Source of the DNA: an uncultured delta proteobacterium
GTDB taxonomy: Bacteria > Myxococcota > Myxococcia > SLRQ01
NCBI GenBank assembly: GCA_963727485.1
Contig: CAVSGM010000011.1
Location: forward strand, 352,001-416,000
DNA length: 64,000 nucleotides
Direction of reading: 5' to 3'
Positions 20,922-29,652 of the stretch are shown piece after piece. The translations under genes were made by a program, and so were the position numbers. Each line of letters starts with the position of its first letter. Position 1 is the stretch's first letter. The notes beneath the pieces were generated by a model. That model searched no databases. It was not told the origin of the DNA and saw only the letters and a list, made by a program, of their open reading frames with translations.

Positions 20922-21878
20922 ATGACCGTCCAGGCCATCGCCATCGTCTTCGCCTTCCTCTTCGGAGCGGTCGTGGGCTCGTTCCTCAACGTGGTCATCT
21001 GGCGGGTGCCCCGGGGGGAGAGCATCGTCTCGCCGGGCTCCCACTGCCCCGGGTGCGGCAAGGCCATCGCCTGGTACCACAACGTGCCCATTGTCTCCTG
21101 GCTGGTGCTCCGGGGGCGGTGCGCGAGCTGCAGCACCCGCATCGACATCCGCTATCCCATGGTGGAGCTGGTCACGGCGCTGTTGGCCGTGGCCTGCGTC
21201 GCCGTGTTCGGCCTGGGCCTCGAGGCGGTGCGGATGTTCGTGTTCGTGGCCATCCTGGTGTCGCTCACCTACATCGACCTCGAGCACTGGCTGCTCCCCC
21301 ACGCCATCACCTGGCCGGGGATCGTGGTGGGGCTGGCCACCGCCTGGGTCCCCGGGGCGCCGGGGCTGAAGACCTGCGTCATCGGGGCGGCCGCGGGCTT
21401 CGGGGGGCTGTGGCTGGTGGGGCAGGTGGCCCGGCGGATCCTGGGGCAGGACGCCATGGGGGGCGGGGATCCGTTCCTCCTGGGGATGATCGGCGCCTTC
21501 CTCGGGTGGGCGCCCCTGGGGCCGGTGATCTTCCTGGCGTCGGTGCAGGGCATCGTCGGCTGGGGGGTGCTGGCGCTCCGGCGCCGCGACGAGGATGCCG
21601 AGGAGACCGGTGAGACGCCCGAGGCCGGCGGCGCGCCGAGGGACGAAGCCGCGCCGGCCGACGAAGCCGCGCCGGCCGACGAAGCCGCGCCGGCCGACGA
21701 AGCCGCGCCGGCCGAGGCGTCGACGGCCGACCACGACGACGAAGCCTACGACGACGACTGGGTGCCCCCGGCGAACGCGGTGCCCTTCGGGCCGTTCCTC
21801 TCCCTGGGGGCCCTGGAGATGACCTTCGCCGGGGGGCTGGTCATGGACTGGGTCCTCCGGGTCCTCGGGCTCGGGTGA
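20922..21878 (+). CDS. pilD: Prepilin peptidase / N-methyltransferase
   Basis: GSFLNVVIWRVP, two CxxC zinc motifs (CPGC, CASC), YIDLEH, AMGGGD, VPFGPFL. Confidence 0.95.
   Translation: MTVQAIAIVFAFLFGAVVGSFLNVVIWRVPRGESIVSPGSHCPGCGKAIAWYHNVPIVSWLVLRGRCASCSTRIDIRYPMVELVTALLAVACVAVFGLGLEAVRMFVFVAILVSLTYIDLEHWLLPHAITWPGIVVGLATAWVPGAPGLKTCVIGAAAGFGGLWLVGQVARRILGQDAMGGGDPFLLGMIGAFLGWAPLGPVIFLASVQGIVGWGVLALRRRDEDAEETGETPEAGGAPRDEAAPADEAAPADEAAPADEAAPAEASTADHDDEAYDDDWVPPANAVPFGPFLSLGALEMTFAGGLVMDWVLRVLGLG
21642..21713 (+). repeat. Perfect 18-bp tandem repeat x4 in pilD (DEAAPA)
   Basis: GACGAAGCCGCGCCGGCC repeated four times in the acidic loop before VPFGPFL. Confidence 0.95.
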
Positions 21879-23183
21879 TGCGGCCCGGCCTGCGCTTCCA
21901 GAATCCTGCTCATCCTCCTGGGCTCCCTGGGCCTCGCGTTTGGCCTGGTGGCCTCGGTGGGCCTGGTCACCCTCGACCACCTCGAGGCCGAGGTCCGCGA
22001 GGGCCGGGCGCAGGCCGAGGCCCGGGCCCTGGCCTCGGCGGCCGCGGTGGCGTGCCCCGGGAAGGACCGCGCCTGCCTCGCCGCCTGGATCGCGAAGGTG
22101 GGCCACGGACGCCTGGTCCCGGCGGGGACGCCCCGGGCGTCGAACCTCGCCGGCACCGACCTCGCGGTGGTCGTCGCCACCGTCCGCCCCGGCCGGGCCC
22201 TGGGTCCGGCGCGGCGCTTCCTCCTCGGCTTCCTCGCCCTGGACCTGGTCATCACCCTCCTCTTCTCGGCGCTGGCGCTCTTCCGGGGGGTGGTGCGACC
22301 GGTGGAGGCCCTGGCGGCCCAGGCGGACCAGGTGGCGCGCCTGGAGTTCGGCGACCTCGGCGAGGGCCACCAGTTCGGGCGCCTGGGGACCTCGTTCCGG
22401 CGCATGGTGGGGGCGCTCTCCGACGAGCGCGCCCGGGTCCAGCGGCAGATTGACGAGCTCGAGGCCGCCAACCGCTCCCTTAGGGAGGCCCAGGAGAGCC
22501 TGGTGCGCTCGGAGAAGCTCGCCACCGTGGGGCGCCTCGCCGCCGGGGTCGCCCACGAGATCGGCAACCCCCTCGGTGGGCTCATCGGCTACCTCGAGAT
22601 CCTCAGGCCGCGCCTCGCAGGCGACCCGGCGGCGGCGCCCCTGGTGGAGGGCGGGCTCTCGGCGGCCCGGCGCATCGACCAGACCATCCGCGACCTCCTC
22701 GACTTCTCGCGCCCGGGCGAGGCGGCGAGGGTGCCGTTCCCGGTGGCGGAGACGGTGGACGAGGCCCTGCGCCTGTGTCGCCCCCAGAAGCGCTTCGCCG
22801 AGGTGGAGGTCCGGCTCGCGGTCCCCGGGGGGCTCCCCGCGGTCGTCGGCGACCGCCGGCGCTTCACCCAGGTGCTGGTGAACCTCTTTCTCAACGCCGC
22901 CGACGCCATGGAGGGCGAGGGCGTCCTCGAGGTCGGCGCCGTCGTCGAAGGGGACGGGCTGCGCCTCGAGGTCGCCGACTCGGGACCGGGGCTCCCCGAG
23001 GGGGCCGGCGACGACATCTTCGAGCCCTTCTTCACCACCAAGGAACCGGGGCAGGGGACCGGCCTGGGGCTCGCCATCTCCCGGCGCCTCGTGGAGGGCT
23101 GGGGCGGGCGCCTCGAGGCCGCGTCTCGCCCGGGGGGCGGGGCGGTCTTCACGGTGACACTTCCTGTAAGTGCCTCGAATTGA
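21878..23183 (+). CDS. Membrane sensor histidine kinase, PilS2-like (frameshift at ~21903)
   Basis: MRPGLRFQ/ILLILLGSLGL after a one-base correction; two TM segments, HAMP, H-box AHEIGNPL, N box NLFLNA, G boxes DSGPG and GTGLGL; TGATG overlap with pilD. Confidence 0.85.
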
Positions 23184-23191
23184 ACAACTTT

Positions 23192-23258
23192 TTATGCACA
23201 ATTAAGCATAATTAGACAAAATCCAATCTTGACACTCCTCGTCGGGGCCCCCTATTGT
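23192..23258 (+). promoter_or_regulatory. Sigma-70-like promoter with an upstream AT-rich palindrome
   Basis: TTATGC-N8-GCATAA (23192-23211), then TTGACA (23229-23234)-N18-TATTGT (23253-23258) before the HTH gene. Confidence 0.55.
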
Positions 23259-23303
23259 AGCGGGTGCCGAGACGCCCGTGAGTCGTGCGTTCCGGCCCCA
23301 CCC

Positions 23304-23762
23304 ATGGCCGACAAGACGCTTCCCAACAACGTCCGTGAGCTGCGTGAGGCGCAGCTCACGAGCAAGGCAGAGCTGGCGCGCAAGGCCGGCCTCTCGCCGC
23401 TCACCATCGACCGGGTCGAGAGCGGGAAGCCCTGTCGCATGGACACCAAGCGCAAGATCATCCTCGCGCTGGGGCTGAAGCTCTCCGATCGGCACCGCGT
23501 GTTCCCGGACGACCCCGACGGCGCCAAGGCCGCGCGGTCGAAGCCGGCCCGTCCCAAGGACGCCGGCCGCTCCGACACCGACGCGGGTGGCCGCGGCCCC
23601 GACGCCCCGAACAAGGGGGCGGACGAGGCCTCGCGGTCCGCAGGCGCGTCCTCGCGCGCCGCCTCCTCCGGGGGCCCCCCTCCGGCCGGGGATGACGCCG
23701 GCAGCGCCCCGAAGGACGAGCCGCAAGTTGGCTCCGACCTTCCTAAGGCCCGGTACTCCTAG
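23304..23762 (+). CDS. XRE/Cro-type helix-turn-helix protein with a low-complexity C-terminal tail
   Basis: NNVRELREAQLTSKAELARKAGLSPLTIDRVESGKPCRMDTKRKIILALG, followed by ~75 aa rich in A/G/P/S/D. Confidence 0.8.
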   Translation: MADKTLPNNVRELREAQLTSKAELARKAGLSPLTIDRVESGKPCRMDTKRKIILALGLKLSDRHRVFPDDPDGAKAARSKPARPKDAGRSDTDAGGRGPDAPNKGADEASRSAGASSRAASSGGPPPAGDDAGSAPKDEPQVGSDLPKARYS

Positions 23763-23785
23763 GGGAATTTCCCCTTGCCGTTTTT

Positions 23786-23813
23786 TTGCGGCCCCTAGGC
23801 CCCGTGGTATAGT
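23786..23813 (+). promoter_or_regulatory. Sigma-70-like (extended -10) promoter for pilMNOPQ
   Basis: TTGCGG-N16-TATAGT with a TGn extension (TGGTATAGT). Confidence 0.5.
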
Positions 23814-23894
23814 GGCCGCAATCACGCACCCTTAGAAGCGTTGGGTGCCAAGACCCCAAGGCGCGGTCGGCCGCGGGGTTGGGAGACCGGCAGA

Positions 23895-24963
23895 ATGGCT
23901 CGGAGCAAGGCAGTCGTGGGCCTCGACATCGGATTCGAGCTCCATCAAGATGATCCAGCTCAAGGATGCGCGGGGCGGACAGGCCCTGCTCAACCTCGGC
24001 GTGGCGCCGCTGCCACCCGAAGCCATCGTCGACGGCGCGCTGATGAACAGCACCGCCATCGTCGACGCCATCCAGGAGCTGATGGCGGCCCAGGGCGTCA
24101 AGAAGGGACGCGAGGCGGCCATCGCCGTCTCGGGCCACTCGGTCATCATCAAGAAGATCTCCATGCCGGTCATGACCCGCGAGGAGCTCGAGGAGAGCAT
24201 CCAGTGGGAGGCCGAGCAGTACATCCCCTTCGATATCAGCGAAGTGAACATCGACGTGGAGATCCTCCGCCCCGAGGGCAACGAGGCCGGGCAGATGGAC
24301 GTCCTCCTGGTCGCGGCCAAGAAGGACATGATCTCCGACTACACCTCGGTGGTCAGTGAGGCCGGGCTCTCCCCGGTGGTGGTCGACGTCGACGCCTTCG
24401 CGGTCCAGAACGCCTACGAGTCCTCCTACGGCCTGCCCCCGGGGGAGACGGTGGTCCTGGTGAACGTCGGAGCCTCGGTGATCAACATCAACGTGATCTC
24501 CGACGGCACCAGCGTGTTCACCCGTGACGTCTCCATGGGTGGCAACCAGGTCACCGAGGACATCCAGAAGCAGCTCAACGTCTCCTACGACGAGGCCGAG
24601 GCCCTGAAGCTCGGCGGCGAGGTCGGCGCCGACGCCGACTCGGTGGTCCCCCAGGAGGTCGAGCGGGTCATCCAGCAGGTCAGCGAGCAGATGGCCGGCG
24701 AGATCCAGCGCTCCCTGGACTTCTTCGCGGCCACCAGCGCCGACTCCCAGTTCAGCCGCATCCTCCTCGCCGGAGGCTCGGCGAAGATTCCCGCCTTGTT
24801 CAAGGCCATCGAGCAGCGGGCCGGGGTGCCCGTCGAGGTCCTGAACCCCTTCAAGGGCATCGAGATCGACGAGCGTCGTTTCGATCCCAACTACATCAAC
24901 GAGGTCGCCCCGATGTCGGCCGTGGTCCTGGGGCTCGGGCTCCGGCGCACCGCCGAGCGTTAG
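23895..24963 (+). CDS. pilM: Type IV pilus assembly protein PilM (frameshift at ~23934)
   Basis: MARSKAVVGLDIG/SSSIKM after a one-base correction; actin-like motifs EAEQYIPF, VNVGAS, LAGGSA, LNPF. Confidence 0.93.
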
Positions 24964-24972
24964 GGAGGTTCG

Positions 24973-25521
24973 ATGATTCGCATCAACCTGCTGCCGGTCC
25001 GCGCGGCGAAGAAGAGAGAGCAGGGGCGCGTCCAGCTCGCCCTGGGCGTCATGGTCATCCTGGCCGCCTTCGCCGGCAACTACCTCTGGTACAACGCCGC
25101 GGAGGGTGACCTGGTCACCGCCCAGCGCCGGGTCCAGGACACCCAGCGCCAGATCACCCAGCTCGAGCGGATCATCGGGCAGGTGAAGGACATCCAGAAG
25201 AAGAAGCAGGACCTGCAGAAGAAGCTGGATGTCATCGCCAAGCTCCGCAAGCAGAAGACCGGGCCGGTGAAGCTGATGGACTCCCTGGCCACGGTCATCC
25301 CCAAGCAGGTGTGGATCACCCAGTTCGCGGAGAAGGGCGGGCACTTCAGCCTCCAGGGCGAGGCCATGACCCACGTGGACCTGGCGTCGTTCCTCTCGGC
25401 GCTCAAGGGCTCCAAGTACTTCAAGGGCGTCCAGCTCAAGGACGCGAGCCTCGCCAACGGACCCGGCGGCGAGCAGATCGTCAAGTTCACCCTCACCGGC
25501 CAGGCCGACTACGCGGCCTAG
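24973..25521 (+). CDS. pilN: Type IV pilus assembly protein PilN
   Basis: MIRINLLP motif, single TM segment, coiled coil. Confidence 0.93.
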   Translation: MIRINLLPVRAAKKREQGRVQLALGVMVILAAFAGNYLWYNAAEGDLVTAQRRVQDTQRQITQLERIIGQVKDIQKKKQDLQKKLDVIAKLRKQKTGPVKLMDSLATVIPKQVWITQFAEKGGHFSLQGEAMTHVDLASFLSALKGSKYFKGVQLKDASLANGPGGEQIVKFTLTGQADYAA

Positions 25522-25544
25522 GGCCGGAAGGACACGAGGGAACC

Positions 25545-26156
25545 ATGGAGGAGCTCCTCAGCAGGATCGTCAAGCTGCCCCTGGCCACCAAGGCCGGGGT
25601 CCTGGTCGGCCTCATCGCGGCCATCACCGCCCTGAACTACTTCGTGCTGCCGGGCGTGAGCGACATCTACACCAAGACCGAGCGGGCGCAGCGGCAGTAC
25701 CGCACCCTGCAGGCGGACCTGACCAAGAAGCAGGCCATCGCCAACAACCTCACCGAGTACCGGCGCGAGATGGAGGTCCTCCAGGAGCAGCTCAAGGAGG
25801 CCCTCACCGAGATGCCCGAGGCCGTCGACATGGACGACCTCTTGAGCCAGCTCGCCAGCCTCGCCAAGAAGGCGGGCCTGAACCTGACCAACATCGCCCC
25901 CAAGGCCGAGAGCCGGCAGGGCGGGTTCTACTACCGCATCCCCATCCAGATGCAGGTCACCGGCAGCTACAACGAGATCGCCGTGTTCCTCGACAGCGTG
26001 AGCAAGCTCAAGCGCATCGTGAACGTCAACAACATCTCCCTGGGGTCGCCCAAGATGGAGGCCGACAAGGCCATCCTCAAGGCCAGCTACCTGGCGACGA
26101 CCTTCCGGTTCTCCGGGCAGCAGGCCAACGGCTCCGCCAAGGGGGCACACCGATGA
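25545..26156 (+). CDS. pilO: Type IV pilus assembly protein PilO
   Basis: TM segment, coiled coil, FYYRIPIQMQVTGSYNEIAVFLDSVSKLKRIVNV, ATTFRF. Confidence 0.92.
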   Translation: MEELLSRIVKLPLATKAGVLVGLIAAITALNYFVLPGVSDIYTKTERAQRQYRTLQADLTKKQAIANNLTEYRREMEVLQEQLKEALTEMPEAVDMDDLLSQLASLAKKAGLNLTNIAPKAESRQGGFYYRIPIQMQVTGSYNEIAVFLDSVSKLKRIVNVNNISLGSPKMEADKAILKASYLATTFRFSGQQANGSAKGAHR

Positions 26157-26713
26157 GTGCGCGTCGCTTCCTCGCGTTTCCCCTGGCGTTCGCCGTCGTC
26201 GGCCTGGTGGCCTGTGGCGGGTCCAGCCGCCCGCGGCGGGCTCCCGCCGCCAGCCACCCCGTCCGCCCCCAGGCCACGGCCCAGGCGCCGACGGCCGGGG
26301 CCGAGGGCGCGCCCGCGGCCCACGCTCCCGAGTACGTCTACTCGCCCATCGGCAAGCGCGACCCCTTCCGCAGCCCCTTCGCCGACCTGCGCACCGCGCC
26401 GGTGGTGAAGAAGGGCGGGCGCCCCCTCACCCCGCTGCAGCGGTGGGGCCTCGAGCAGCTTACCCTCAAGGCGACCATCACCGGGACCAGCTCCCCGATG
26501 GCGATGGTCGTCGATCCCGACGGCAAGGGCTGGACCGTCCACCGTGGCACCCTCATCGGCAAGAACTGGGGGAAGGTCACGGCCATCACCAAGGACTGCA
26601 TCGTCATCACCGAGCAGGTGCGTGACGCCTCCCAGGCCGTGTCCTCGGTGAAGCAGCAGAAGTGCCTGCCCAAGGATCAGAAGGACCTCGATTTCCAGAA
26701 GCAGTTCGACTGA
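26153..26713 (+). CDS. pilP: Type IV pilus lipoprotein PilP
   Basis: Lipobox LVAC, YSPIGKRDPFRSP, PLQRW, IGKNWGKV. Confidence 0.92.
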   Translation: MSARRFLAFPLAFAVVGLVACGGSSRPRRAPAASHPVRPQATAQAPTAGAEGAPAAHAPEYVYSPIGKRDPFRSPFADLRTAPVVKKGGRPLTPLQRWGLEQLTLKATITGTSSPMAMVVDPDGKGWTVHRGTLIGKNWGKVTAITKDCIVITEQVRDASQAVSSVKQQKCLPKDQKDLDFQKQFD

Positions 26714-26810
26714 CCACACCCAGTTCCACCCCGCGGATCCGAATTCTGAAGCGCTGGCGACCGGGTGGTCGCAGCGCGGCGCGCGAGCGGCATTGTCAAG
26801 GAGAACGTCG

Positions 26811-29603
26811 ATGACTCACCGGAGCACCCGACGGAAGTACGGAATCCCCGCCCGGGCCCTCCTGGCGCTGGCCCTGGCGGCGACGGGCGCGTCGCAGGCC
26901 CAGGCGGCGCCGACGCCCCCGGGGGTCGACCACGTCAAGGGCATCCAGGTCACCGATCAGGGATCCCTGACGGCGATCCGGGTCCAGGGAGACAAGGCGC
27001 CGACGTTCACCGTCTTCAAGCTCTCCGAGCCGCCGCGCCTGGTCGTCGACCTCGCCGGCGCCGACGTGAGCGCCCTCAAGCGGCTCACCGAGGTCGACCA
27101 GGGTGACGTCCACGCGGTGGTCGCCACCCAGTTCAGCGACGCCAACGCCAAGGTCGGCCGGGTCATGGTCGCCCTCGACAAGGAGGCGGCCTACGACGTC
27201 AAGGCCGACGGCAACGACGTGGTCATCACCGTGAACCATGTCGGTGGCAAGGCCCCGGTGGCCGAGGCCGCGCCCGCCCCGAAGGCCACGGCGCCCGCCG
27301 CCAAGGCCGACGCCGCGGCCGCGACCAAGGCCCCCGCCGCGACCAAGGCCCCCGACGCCAAGGTCGCCGACGCCGCCCCGGCCGATACGGCGACCGCGGC
27401 CGACCCGGCTCCGGCCGAGCGTCCGGCACCCCGGCCCGCGCCCTCGAACCTGCCCCCGGGCGTGGTGGCCCGGCACGTCTACCGCTTCCACGGGCACCGG
27501 GGTCACCGGGTCCTGGCGGTCGGCGCCCGGAGCCACCGCGGGGTCACCGCCGTGGACATCCGCACCGACGGCATGCCCCGCCGGGTGACCACCCTGGAGC
27601 TCGTGTCCCCGCCGCGCCTGGCCATCGACCTCGACGGTCTCACCGGTGCCCCCCACCACGCCCGCCTCGGGCACCTCGGCCCCGACGCCGCGGTGACCGA
27701 CATCCGGATCGGCGAGCATGCCCACAAGGTGCGCGTGGTCCTCGACGGCCGCGGGGAGCGGATGGCCGCCTACCAGGTGCGTCCCACCGCCCATGGCCTC
27801 CGCATCGTCCTTCACGGCCACGCGGCCCCGGCGGCGGTGGCCTCTCGAAGGGCGCCCGCGGCGGCCCACGGCCTGACCTACGTCCGCGCCCTCACCTACG
27901 GGCGCTCCCACGACCTGGGCCACGCGGTCCTCGCCCTCGAGGGAGGCCACGGCCTCCACTGGAAGGTGACCTACCCCGACGCCCACACCGCGGTCCTCAC
28001 CCTCGACGGGGCGAAGCTCGACTCCCACCTGGAGCAGACCTTCGACGCCTCCCGCTTCGGCGGGGCGGTGCGGGCCCTCACCGCCTTCACCGACCCTGGC
28101 CACGCCGGCCGGGTGAAGGTGGTGGCGAACCTCGCCCGCCGGGTGCGCACCCGGGTGAACGCCGAGGGCTCGGATCTCACCTGGACCTTCCCCCTGGGCG
28201 GCGCGGCGGCCGCGACCGTCACCGCCTCCCGGGTGGCCTCGGTCCAGGCGGCCGGTCTCTCCACCGAGGGCGCCATCCACGTGGCCTCGAGCGGTGAGCG
28301 GGCCCGCTACCACGGCCGGCGCATCAACCTCGACTTCAAGGACATCGACATCCAGAACGTGCTCCGGCTCATCGCCGAGGTGAGCAAGCGCAACCTGGTG
28401 GTCTCCGACGACGTGAAGGGCAAGATCACCCTGCGCCTGCGCAACGTCCCCTGGGACCAGGCCCTGGACCTCATCCTCAAGTCCAACGACCTGGGCAAGG
28501 AGGTCACCGGGAACATCATCCGCATCGCCCCGGCCAAGGTGCTCGAAAAGGAGCAGGAGGCCGCGGTGAAGGCGCGGGAGGCCCAGCACAAGCTCGATCC
28601 TCTGGCGGTGCGCCTCATCCCGGTGAACTTCGCCGACGCCTCCGGCATGGCCAGCAAGGTCAAGGACGTCCTCTCCGACCGGGGCTCGGTCACCGTGGAC
28701 ACCCGGACCAACGTCCTCATCGTCAAGGACGTGGTCGGCGCCCTGGCCCGGGCCCAGCAGCTGGTCCGCCGCCTCGACACCGAGACCCCCCAGGTCCTCA
28801 TCGAGTCGCGGATCGTCGAGGCCAACACCAACTACACCCGCGAGGTGGGCATCCAGTGGGGCGGCAGTGCCTCGATGACCCCCGCCACCGGCAACGCCAC
28901 CGGGCTGGTCTTCCCCAACAACGTCCAGATCGCGGGCGCCGCCACCGACGGGCAGACCCCGACCTCGGCCACCTCCAGCAACCCCAACTTCGCGGTGAAC
29001 ATGCCGGCGGCCATCGGCACCAACTCCGGTGGCGGCATCGGCCTCATCCTGGGGTCGGTCAACGGGGTGGTGGGCCTGAACCTGCGCCTCTCGGCCCTGG
29101 AGAACCAGGGGCGGATCAAGACCATCAGCGCCCCGCGGGTCGCCACCCTCGACAACGAGAAGGCGTCCATCAGCCAGGGCCTGTCGATCCCGTTCAGCCA
29201 GGTGTCGGCGGCGGGGGTGAACACCACCTTCATCGAGGCCAAGCTCGAGCTCGACGTCACCCCCCACGTGACCGAGAACGGCTCCATCCTCATGAACATC
29301 TCGGTCACCAACAACCAGCCGAACCCCCAGCTCACCGGCGCCAACGGCCAGCCGTCGATCTCCAAGAAGGAGGCCAAGACCAACGTCATGGTCAAGGACG
29401 GCCAGACCACGGTCATCGGCGGGATCTACACCCGGTCGAACTCGGTCTCGGAGAACGCCGTCCCCGGCCTCTCCAAGATCCCGATCCTCGGGTGGCTCTT
29501 CAAGAAGCGCAACTACAACGAGAGCCGGACCGAGCTGCTGGTGTTCATCACCCCCCGCATCCTCAACCGGCTCCAGTCGGCGATGCAGACGGGCGGCGGT
29601 TGA
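26811..29603 (+). CDS. pilQ: Type IV pilus secretin with N-terminal AMIN domains
   Basis: Signal peptide, AMIN motifs PPRLVVDL and PPRLAIDL, INLDFKDIDI..VPWDQALD, QVLIESRIVEA, C-terminal secretin VPGLSKIPILGWLF..ELLVFITPRI. Confidence 0.95.
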   Translation: MTHRSTRRKYGIPARALLALALAATGASQAQAAPTPPGVDHVKGIQVTDQGSLTAIRVQGDKAPTFTVFKLSEPPRLVVDLAGADVSALKRLTEVDQGDVHAVVATQFSDANAKVGRVMVALDKEAAYDVKADGNDVVITVNHVGGKAPVAEAAPAPKATAPAAKADAAAATKAPAATKAPDAKVADAAPADTATAADPAPAERPAPRPAPSNLPPGVVARHVYRFHGHRGHRVLAVGARSHRGVTAVDIRTDGMPRRVTTLELVSPPRLAIDLDGLTGAPHHARLGHLGPDAAVTDIRIGEHAHKVRVVLDGRGERMAAYQVRPTAHGLRIVLHGHAAPAAVASRRAPAAAHGLTYVRALTYGRSHDLGHAVLALEGGHGLHWKVTYPDAHTAVLTLDGAKLDSHLEQTFDASRFGGAVRALTAFTDPGHAGRVKVVANLARRVRTRVNAEGSDLTWTFPLGGAAAATVTASRVASVQAAGLSTEGAIHVASSGERARYHGRRINLDFKDIDIQNVLRLIAEVSKRNLVVSDDVKGKITLRLRNVPWDQALDLILKSNDLGKEVTGNIIRIAPAKVLEKEQEAAVKAREAQHKLDPLAVRLIPVNFADASGMASKVKDVLSDRGSVTVDTRTNVLIVKDVVGALARAQQLVRRLDTETPQVLIESRIVEANTNYTREVGIQWGGSASMTPATGNATGLVFPNNVQIAGAATDGQTPTSATSSNPNFAVNMPAAIGTNSGGGIGLILGSVNGVVGLNLRLSALENQGRIKTISAPRVATLDNEKASISQGLSIPFSQVSAAGVNTTFIEAKLELDVTPHVTENGSILMNISVTNNQPNPQLTGANGQPSISKKEAKTNVMVKDGQTTVIGGIYTRSNSVSENAVPGLSKIPILGWLFKKRNYNESRTELLVFITPRILNRLQSAMQTGGG

Positions 29604-29652
29604 CCGTATCGTTCGATTCACTCCGGCGGGCTCGCCCGCCACTGCTCTCTGA

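Noticed and set aside
21642..21713. CRISPR-like or non-coding repeat arrays (also 38818-38949)
   Set aside because: The units are adjacent with no spacers, in-frame within coding regions, and there are no cas genes.
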